Shown here piece by piece: positions 54,966 to 64,000 of a stretch of DNA of 64,000 nucleotides. Every line of letters begins with the position of its first letter. Position 1 is the first letter of the stretch. Under the pieces are notes generated by a model. That model had not been told where the DNA came from, made no database searches, and saw only the letters and a program-made list of their open reading frames with translations. The position numbers and the translations under genes were made by a program. This DNA comes from Octopus vulgaris. Lineage: Eukaryota. The DNA is taken from the NCBI GenBank assembly GCA_951406725.2, contig OX597823.1, positions 47,988,001 through 48,052,000 on the forward strand, read 5' to 3'.

Positions 54966-55536
54966 ACTCTACTCTTTTACTTGTTTCAGTCATTTGACTA
55001 TGGCCATGCTGGAGCACCGCCTTTAGTCAAGCAAATCGACCCCAGGAATTATTCTTTGTAAGCCTAGTACTTATTCTATTGGTGTCTTTTGCCGAACCAC
55101 TAAGTTACGGGGGATGTAAACACACCAGCATCAGTTGTGTTTACATTATTAGTAATTTTAGAAATCTTTGTAAGTTCCCCACAACGTCCTTGAGTTAATA
55201 TCATGTGACTATATTTTTTGTGCTGAAAACCCAGGTTAGCATGGCTGAGTGAACATGTCCAGTGATGGTCCCAAAATAAGGCTCTCTTAATTTAATGTGC
55301 ATCGGTTGTCAAGCGATGCTAGGGGGGACAAACACAGACACACAAATATATACACACACATACATATATGCGACGGGCTTCTTTCAGTTTCCATCTACCA
55401 AATCCACTCACAAGGCTTTGGTCGGCCTGAGGCTATAGTAGAAGACACTTGCCCAAGGTGCCACACGGTGGGACTGAACCCGGAACCATGTGGTTCGTAA
55501 GCAAGTTACTTACCACACAACCACTCCTACGCCTAT
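54966..55536 (-). mobile_element. SINE family A, reverse, with 160-bp insertion (55139-55298)
   Basis: Consensus resumes after the duplicated GCATC(A/G)GTTGT. Confidence 0.8.
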
Positions 55537-55734
55537 ACTACTTGACATGTTGAATTTATTCAGTTAACAACCTCAACTTCGGACACAATCATAACTTTTC
55601 CCCTTAAGACACTAACACACAAACTTAGTGGAGAACAAAATTTGATGCCTGCAAACATAGACACAAACCATAAGTATTTGCCTACTGGGCTACATAGAAG
55701 AAAACCTTCTCTCCACTCTATCACTTAGCAGATA

Positions 55735-56090
55735 AAATTTAGAGAGCCTTATTTTGGGACCATCACTGGACATGTTCTCTCAACCATGATTACCTGGGTT
55801 TTCAGCACAAAAAATATGGTCACATGATATAAACACAAGGACGTAGTGGGGAACTTACAAAAATGTCTAAAATTACTTATAAAGTGATCTTCTTCTACTA
55901 CAGTTGACAGATATAAATTCAGACAGCCCTGATTGTCAGGGATTGTCATTAGACATATCCATTCAACCATGACAGCTTTAACTAACACCCTCAAACATAC
56001 TGTCACATGACATTGAAGAACTGACATAGTGGAGAACTTACAAAAATTTCTAAACTTGGTCACGTGATCATCCTTCACCAATCAAAACAT
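55735..56090. repeat. Diverged about 185-bp tandem dimer; first unit is the inverted counterpart of 55147-55293
   Basis: GGACATGTTCTCTCAACCATGA / GACATATCCATTCAACCATGA and GTAGTGGGGAACTTACAAAAAT / ATAGTGGAGAACTTACAAAAAT. Confidence 0.7.
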
Positions 56091-56332
56091 AACTAAAACA
56101 GATAATAATCTAAGACATGTCCTCTCCATAAAAACAACTGCAATATAGCCCCATGTCTTTCTATCTCAACTTTTGAAAATCAGGGAAATTCTTTAAAATT
56201 TTGAAAATAAAAAATCTAAGCAAATCCCAGTGCATTTTCATCTTCTTTTTCCTATATTTCTATTTGTATGGAATAAAATAACTTTTTTTTCTATATCTAT
56301 GATTATATATGTGTGTGTGTAGATATGTATTT

Positions 56333-56525
56333 TATCTTTTATCTTTTAATTGTTTCAGTCATTTAACTGTGGCAATGCCAGGGCACCACATTGAAGGGTT
56401 TTAGTTGAACAAATCAACCCCAGGACTTTTCTTTTTGAAGTCTAGTACTTATTCTATATTTTTCTTTTTTGCTGAACCACTAAGTTACGGGGAGGTAAAC
56501 ACATAAACAATGCTCATATATATAT

Positions 56526-56573
<48 letters not shown>

Positions 56574-56740
56574 CAGGCCTCTTTTAGTCTCTGTCCGTCC
56601 ACCAAATCCACTCACAAGGCTTTTGTTGGCCCGAGGCTATATTAGAAAACACTTGTCCAAGATGCCATGCAATGGGAATGAACCTGGAGCTATATGGCTA
56701 GGAAGCAAGCTTCTTACCACAAGTCATGCCAGTACCTGTA
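56333..56740 (-). mobile_element. SINE family A, reverse
   Basis: Reverse complement tail, (TA)n, head. Confidence 0.75.
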
Positions 56741-56794
56741 TATGCATATATGTACCTGTATATGCATATATGTACCTGTATATGTATATATATA

Positions 56795-56838
<44 letters not shown>

Positions 56839-56868
56839 TTGAGTTGTGGGGTATCGCACGAGTGGGAT

Positions 56869-58006
56869 TATATAAGAAAAAAGGTTTGAAAATGCAATTT
56901 AAACGATGTTTATTTACTTAACCGGTTTCACTCTTTGGTAAAAGATTGTCAAAAGTTACATTTAAGGAAACATTGAATAATATGGGTTCAAAAAAGTTTT
57001 TTACATAATTGTCACATTGAATATTATGCATTCAAAAAAGTTTTTTACATAATTGTCACATTGGATATTATGGGTTCAAAAAAGTTTTTTACATAATTGT
57101 CACATTGAATATTATGCATTCAAAAAAGTTTTTTACATAATTGTCACATTGGATATTATGAATTCAAAAATGTTTTTTTATACATAATTGTCACATTATT
57201 TGGGAAAATTTGGCAGAAAAGGATAAAACAAATATATTATTGGGAATTGGTTGCGTTAATTATTGGTTGTCGCAAATTGTCACATTACATGTATATATAT
57301 ACAATCTTTGGTATATATATACAGCGTTTTGACAGCAAAAATTAAAATGGATTTTTGTCCATCTCAGAATATTTTAAGTATGTTTTTACTGACCTGTCAG
57401 TATTAGCAGAAAGGCTGAACTGAGAGAACAGAAGTAGCCAATGTGGCTACTTCTGTTCTCTCAGTTCAGCCTTTCTGCTAATACTGACAGGTCAGTAAAA
57501 ACATACTTAAAATATTCTGAGATGGACAAAAAATCCATTTTAATTTTGCTGTCAAAACGCTGTATATATATACCAAAGATTGTATATATATACATGTAAT
57601 GTGACAATTTGCGACAACCAATAATTAACGCAACCAATTCCCAATAATATATTTGTTTTATCCTTTTCTGCCAAATTTTCCCAAATAATGTGACAATTAT
57701 GTATAAAAAAACATTTTTGAATTCATAATATCCAATGTGACAATTATGTAAAAAACTTTTTTGAATGCATAATATTCAATGTGACAATTATGTAAAAAAC
57801 TTTTTTGAACCCATAATATCCAATGTGACAATTATGTAAAAAACTTTTTTGAATGCATAATATTCAATGTGACAATTATGTAAAAAACTTTTTTGAACCC
57901 ATATTATTCAATGTTTCCTTAAATGTAACTTTTGACAATCTTTTACCAAAGAGTGAAACCGGTTAAGTAAATAAACATCGTTTAAATTGCATTTTCAAAC
58001 CTTTTT

Positions 58007-58014
<8 letters not shown>
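56869..58014. repeat. Giant near-perfect palindrome: about 571-bp arms, 3-nt spacer (ATG, 57441-57443), internal 44-bp tandem repeats, HHR motif near each outer end
   Basis: GAAGTAGCCA-atg-TGGCTACTTC centre; arms mirror out to AAGAAAAAAGGTTTGAAAATGC / GCATTTTCAAACCTTTTTCTT (one homopolymer indel seen). Confidence 0.95.
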
Positions 58015-58064
<50 letters not shown>

Positions 58065-59101
58065 TGTATGTATGTATATACCCACATATATACACATATA
58101 TATGTTGACACAAGGCCAAGGATTTTGGGTGAGTCAATTATATTGACCTCCAATATTTCTGATCTTAATAATTATTATTGCTTTTCTTTTCATCTTTTGA
58201 TTGTTTTTTTTTTTTTGTCATATCTATTATCAACAGAGAATGACTGTGGAGTGGATGATAGACTTTTATTTATTACTAACATTACTCTTAGTTACGAGAA
58301 CTATCATTGTCAAACTGTGCATTTGTGTTTGCGTGTATATGTGAGAGAGAGACAGACAGATAGACAGACAGACTGGCAGACAGACTGACAAACAGACAGA
58401 GGAGTTCATGTACATGCATGAGTTAGATTGTATATGTGTGTATAAATGAAGACAAAGTATGTATGTGTGAGAGAGAGAGAGAGACAGACAGACAGATAGA
58501 CAGAATGTGAGAGAGTGAAAAAGAGAGAGTGTGTGTGTATGTGTGAGTACATATGTGTATATGTCTACATAGACATGTGTGTATGTGATTATCTGACTAT
58601 TTTTCAATATATTCAATTTGTCATTCAGTTTTTTTTTGTTTTTTTTTTAACATTCTATCTCTATTTGTTTACATATAAACAAACAAACACCAGAGATTTG
58701 AAAGACATGACTGCTTCCCAAACGTAGATTTTTGTGTAATTCTTGGGTCAGAGGATTTTCTGGTAAACTTTTGACATTTTGATTCATATCCATTTTTCCT
58801 TTACCTTATTACTGCTACAGACACTTGAATTTAAACCGATTGACATTTGTTTCCATTCTTCACATCCTTTACTAATTCTGTTTCTATTTCTTTGTGTTGA
58901 TCAACCTATTTCTTTGATTGATATGTAGCAATTTACAAGGCATGACATATAAATCATTGTCTACAATTTACTTTTATGGCATTTTATAAGTTTCCATATC
59001 TATTGTTTGCCTTGGTATTTCCTACTGCAATCTTGCAATCTATACATTTCTCTCATACCTTACAGGTTTGAAATTATACAAGTCATGCATTGAATAAGGA
59101 A

Positions 59102-59525
59102 CAGGCAAGGTTGTGTGGTAAGAAGCTTACTTCCCAACCATATGCTTCCAGGTTCAGTCCTACACTGTGTAGCACCTTGGGCAAGTGTCTTCTACTATAG
59201 CCTCAGGCTGACCAAGGCCTTATGAGTGGATTTGGTAGGTAGAAACCAAAAGAAGCCCATCGTATATATATATATCATTATCATCATCATCGCTTAACGT
59301 CCACTCTCCATGCTAGCATGGGTTGGATGATTTGACTGAGGTCTGGCGAATCAGATGGCTGCACCAGACTCCAATCTGATTTAGCAGAGTTTCTACAGCT
59401 GGATTCCCTTCCTAATGCCAACACTCTGAGAGTGTAGTGGGTGCTTTTACATGCCACTGGCACGAGGGCCAGTCAGGCAGTACTGGCAACAGCCATGCTC
59501 AAATGGTGCTTTTTATGTGCCACCT
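59102..59525. mobile_element. SINE family A head (+) followed by family D element (-)
   Basis: Same arrangement as 18215-18680. Confidence 0.7.
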
Positions 59526-59539
59526 GATATATATATATA

Positions 59540-60112
59540 CTTTTATTAAAGCTGCAAAATTATTACAAAACATTCCTGTTCATCAGACAGTTGTGATGAA
59601 AACACAACTATCTGAAGAAGAGGAGCAATCACGATGGTATTCTGCACCCTAAGAACTGGTATGAACACCATCCACAGTCTGTCACTGAGAGGGAGAATGT
59701 TACCATCCTATTGGATTATGAAATACATACAAACAAATAAATGGTAACAGACATCATCATCAAAGACCTTAAATGAAAAGCATGCCTGTTAACTGACATG
59801 ACAGTACCTGCTAATAGAAACATCTTAGCAAAAGAATTTGGAAAACTTAAAAAATATGAGGGACCTTAAGATTGAGACACCTAGGATGTGCCAATTAAAA
59901 ACCAAAACTAACCCCTGTTGTTGTAGGTGCCCTGAGGGTGATCAAGAAAGGTACTGACAAATTCTTTGACCAGATCCCTGGGAAACCACCAATCTATGAA
60001 ACTCAAAAAATTGTGTGGACATCAACTGCCCACATTCTCAGGAAGTTTCTCTCCGTCTAGTATATACATGCCTTAGGTCTCTGATTGAGACCCTGTCAGA
60101 AGATGAAATAAA
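59540..60112 (+). mobile_element. Decayed R4/Dong-type non-LTR element, C-terminal restriction-like endonuclease
   Basis: ENVTILLDYEIHT, DIIIKD, LTDMTVPANRN..KEFGKLKKYE, PVVVGAL.VIKK...IPG...QKIV..STAHILRKFLS. Confidence 0.75.
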
Positions 60113-60127
60113 ATGCAAATCAATTGG

Positions 60128-60180
<53 letters not shown>

Positions 60181-60181
<1 letters not shown>

Positions 60182-60532
60182 GGTGCCCTGGGAATGATAG
60201 CGAAAGGGACTGATTGCTACCTAACTCAGATACCAGGAAACCCCAAAATGGCAGAAATTCAAAAGATAGTGCTCATGGGAACTGCTCATATCCTACGCAA
60301 AATACTCTCTATGTAATCCCAAGGTTTAAAACAAACTTTTCTTTTATTTATATTTATTTTATTTATTTTTATTTATTTATTTATTATTTTTATGTATTAG
60401 ACATTCACTAGTACAACACAAAAAAAAAAAAAAAACCCAAATATATGGCACAGAACTTCCAACCTGTTGTCTCTTGAGGTCTCTGGGTGAGACTTGGAGC
60501 CAACTTGTACAGACATAAAGCAAAAGTCAAAC

Positions 60533-60534
<2 letters not shown>
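60181..60534 (+). mobile_element. 5'-truncated R4/Dong-type element inserted in (TAA)n
   Basis: GALGMIAKGTDCYLTQIPGNPKMAEIQKIVLMGTAHILRKILSM* plus 3' UTR; (TAA)n on both sides. Confidence 0.8.
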
Positions 60535-60591
<57 letters not shown>

Positions 60592-60944
60592 GCAATAAAA
60601 TGCCAGATGCATGACTTTTGGTCACCCTGTATTATTTCCAAAATGTTTCAGTTTTAGCAAAGTAAAGGATCTGGAGAAGACATACATAAGTACTGGTTGA
60701 AAAACCAGCATAGTCATGTTATAAAGAAGTTTGGTCCACAACCACATGGTTTCCAAGTTTGATATGTGAACATGTGGTACTGTTGCGAGAGATTAACCAA
60801 TTCCTCACGAGAGGAATTCAGTAGAGGGGAAACTGTGAAAGCCTGTCACTTAAAATGGTGTGTGTGTGGGGGGGGGGGATACATGTGAAATTTTTTTTGT
60901 TTGTTTTTGCTGATATATATCAGCAAAGAATATAAACATAAGCC

Positions 60945-61428
60945 CAGGCTTGACTGTGTGGTGAGAAGCTAGCTTACCAACTACATGGTTCTAGGTTCAG
61001 TCCCACAGTGTGGCATGGCATCTTGGGCAAGTGTCTTCTGCTATAGCCTTAGGCTGATCAAAGCCTTGTGATTGGATTTGGCAAGCGGAAACTGAAAGAC
61101 ACCTGTTGTATATATATATATTTATGTGTGTGTTGTGTTTGTGTTTGTGTGTGTGAGTGTGTGAGTGTGTGTGGGTGTGTGTGTATGTCTGTCTGTCTGT
61201 TTCTGCACTTATCTCCCCCATCCGCCACCACCATTTGACAACCAGTGTCAGTGTGTTTATGTCCCTATAACTTAGCAGTTCAGCAAAAGAGACCAATAGC
61301 ATAAGTATCAGGCTTATAAAAAAAAAAAAGTACTGGGGTCAATTCATTCAACTAAAAATCCTTCAAGGCGGTGCTGTAGCATGGCCGTAGCATGGCCGCA
61401 GTCTAATGACTAAAACAAGTAGAAGATA
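60945..61428 (+). mobile_element. SINE family A
   Basis: Head, microsatellite, tail. Confidence 0.8.
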
Positions 61429-61762
61429 AAAAAAAATAAATTTATGTGAAACTGAAAAGCAAAAAACAAAACAAGAAAAAAAAAACAGAGACAGTTTGAT
61501 GCTTCTGTCAGAGCAGTGAACCAGTTATTGGCATGACAGAGGCTTGTTACCAACAAACTTATTGTTCCCCAATTGCAACAATAAATAACTAAATAAATAA
61601 ATCTCCGCTCCATTTCCTATAAGTGTTTCTTGCAAATGTAGAAGAAGCTGGGTCTATGAAAGAGACAAAATGAAAATTTTACTGCATTTGTGTTTATGGT
61701 ATCAAGATTAAATGTCTACATAAAATATGACTACAACTAGTTTTGCTGTATAATAGACCTGT

Positions 61763-62080
61763 TGGCATATGGCTCAGTGGTTAGAGCATCAGGCTTACAA
61801 TCATGAGTTAATGAGTTCGATTTCTGAACCAGGCTCTCTATTGTATTCTTGAGCAAAATGCTTTATTTCATGTTGCTCCAGTTCACTCAGCTGTAGAAAT
61901 GAGTTGCAATGTCACTGGTGCCAAGCTGTATCACCCTTTGCCTTTCCCTTAGATAACATTGATGGCATGGAGGTGGGAGGCTGGTCATCTATAAACAACC
62001 TTGCCTGGACTTGTACCTCAGAGGGCAACTGTCTTGGTGCAATCCCATGGTGCTTTGTGACCAAAGGGGGTCTTTACCCT
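61763..62080 (+). mobile_element. SINE family B
   Basis: TGGCTCAGTGGTTAGAGC...GAGTTCGATTTC; homologous to 28303-28640. Confidence 0.8.
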
Positions 62081-62089
62081 ATAGACCTG

Positions 62090-62935
62090 TAGGTGCAGGC
62101 ATAGCTGTATGGTAAGAAGCTTGCTTCCTGACCACGTGGTTCCAGGTTTAGTTCCACTGCATGACATCTTGGGTAAAATGTCTTCTACTGCAGCCTCAAG
62201 CCAACCAAAGCATTGCAAGTGGATTTGGTAGACAGAAACTGAAAGAAGACCATCATAAATATATATATGTGTGTGTGTGTGTGTATCTACGTATGAACAT
62301 CTTTGGGTTTGTGTTTGTCCCCCCGTCACCACTTGACAACTGATGTCGGTGTGTTTAGGTTCCTGTAACATAGCAGTTCAGCAAAAGAGAACAATAGAAT
62401 AAGTACTAGGCTTTAAAAAAATTAGCCTGAGGGGTCTTCAAACTGACACTATGTGTTTTTTTTTCTTCAGTTTCACATTAATATTTTTATCTTCTACTTG
62501 ATTTAGTCGTTAGACCGTGGCCATGCTGCAGCACTGCCTTGAAGGATTTTTAGTTGAATGAATTGACCCCAGAACACTTTTTTTTTCCATAAGCTTGGTA
62601 CTTATGCTAATGGTCTCTTTTGCTGAACTGCATGGCTGCTGTGAAATGACTGAAACAAAGAGTAAAAGATTTTATTTGTTGCAAAATCTTTATATAGTTC
62701 TATAAAAATAGAGAGGCAGCGTCTGCCTTTTACTAGTTTACATCTTTCAGTCATTACAGAAAGGCCATGTTGAAGCACTGCTTTAAAGGGTTTAGTCAAA
62801 CAAATCAATTCCATGTACTTATTTTTCAATCTGGTACTTATGCTATCAATCTCTTTTACCAAACTACTAAGTTACAAGGATGTAAACGAACTATCTCTGG
62901 TTGTCAAGAAGTGGCAGGGTACAAAGACAAAGACA
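62090..62935. mobile_element. Cluster of SINE family A pieces: 62090-62432 (+), 62485-62625 (-), 62725-62935 (-)
   Basis: Family A head and tail motifs in both orientations. Confidence 0.7.
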
Positions 62936-62966
62936 CGCACATACATATATACATACATACCTATAT

Positions 62967-63171
62967 ATTGGGTTGTCCAGAAAGTTCGTGCCAATTTATA
63001 GTAGCTTACCTTTCAACTTATTTTAGAACATGGTTGAGTCCATAAAATAGAATTTGACTACACCTCCATTTAGAGCACAGTTTAAGCTATCTTTTCGTGG
63101 AAGAATGTTTATGTTCCTATAACCTGTATTGATTCTGTAACCCTTTAAAATGGAAGATAAGAAAGTTCATT
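62967..63171 (+). mobile_element. Mariner 5' end fragment (TIR and first codons MEDKKVHF)
   Basis: TATTGGGTTGTCCAGAAAGTTCGT TIR-like start; related TIR remnant at 51533. Confidence 0.6.
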
Positions 63172-63344
63172 TCAGTTTCCATCTGCCAAATCCACTCACA
63201 AGGCTTTGCTTGGCACAAGGCTTTGCTTGGCACAAGGCTTTGCTTGGCACAAGGCTATAGTAGAAGACACTTGCCCAAGGTACCATGCAGTGGGACTGAA
63301 CCCTGAACCATGTGGTTGGGGAACAAGCTTCTTACTACAAAGTC

Positions 63345-63990
63345 TTGGGGAAAATCAAGCTTTGAGAAAAAAATCAATCCTTCAGGAAAATCAAGTGAGA
63401 GTCACTCCAAAACAATTTCTGTATGTTTATCAACACTTGTACTTGCAAACTTCAAATTCTATCATTTCAAAACAGTACTGAATATTCCTAATATTTTTTC
63501 TTCAACTCTGAATGCAGCTGAAATCAAAACAGTCAAGAAAGCCAACAATTTTTGGTCCTTTTCAGATTATGATCAGATTTTTGAGTAGCACTAGGATTTT
63601 GTGATATTTTGTTTTTCTAATAAGAAAATAAAAATTGCACATCCCGTTATATGATAATATTTAAATTTACATTTTCTTCCTTTATATCATTTTTGGATAA
63701 GAAGAAAAATGTTCTCTGTGCTAGGGATCACTGTATAGCAATTATATTTTAACATTTTATAATATCTGTCATTAATTTCCCGCATGACTCACCTCTGCCC
63801 ATGTTTTTATTCAATTCTATTAGACAGAACCTGATAATATCATGAATCTGATACCATCATGTTCATAACTCTGTCAAATATCCATCACATGAGAAACATT
63901 ACTTTAATACTGTAAATAATACAAATGGTTTGTGATATACAAATTCATTTATGCAAAGGAGACTGTAACACACTCTTGAATAATTAACCT
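63345..63990 (+). mobile_element. Highly decayed LINE RT remnant
   Basis: Weak RT-like fragments (LGENQ, LYVYQHL, VLNIPNIF) in broken frames. Confidence 0.3.
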
Positions 63991-64000
63991 TGTAATCTTT

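Noticed and set aside
55749-56081. 110-aa ORF with internal repeat
   Set aside because: Reflects the underlying ~185-bp DNA dimer; no domain or splice support.
56985-57200. 44-bp repeats (and the 86-bp array at 17534) as a CRISPR array
   Set aside because: Head-to-tail tandem units with no unique spacers, no cas genes, eukaryotic context.

Overview
AT-rich, microsatellite-saturated eukaryotic genomic DNA; the repeat families and extreme (TA)n/(CA)n load suggest a coleoid cephalopod, probably octopus (inference from repeat style, not tested). Almost all ORFs in the supplied track are microsatellite artefacts. Supported content: a near-complete DD34D mariner (16238-17531); remnants of DD37D maT, Penelope-like (PLE), RTE, R4/Dong and Helitron elements; piggyBac, hAT and mariner MITEs; and more than 20 copies of several tRNA-derived SINEs. 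There is also an intron-bearing tRNA-Lys(UUU)-like sequence, two phase-compatible minus-strand coding exons, and a CCAAT promoter with small plus-strand exons. The most notable signal is a set of short non-coding elements carrying minimal hammerhead ribozyme (HHR) motifs. These include (TA)n-embedded elements with a U3-A8 variant core and covarying stem II, a ~1.15 kb near-perfect palindrome with an HHR near each end, a ~330-350 bp retrozyme-like tandem repeat, and a tRNA-headed element with an HHR tail. Degenerate PLE RT/GIY-YIG copies in the same window could represent their mobilisers. All coordinates were read by eye and may be off by a few bases.
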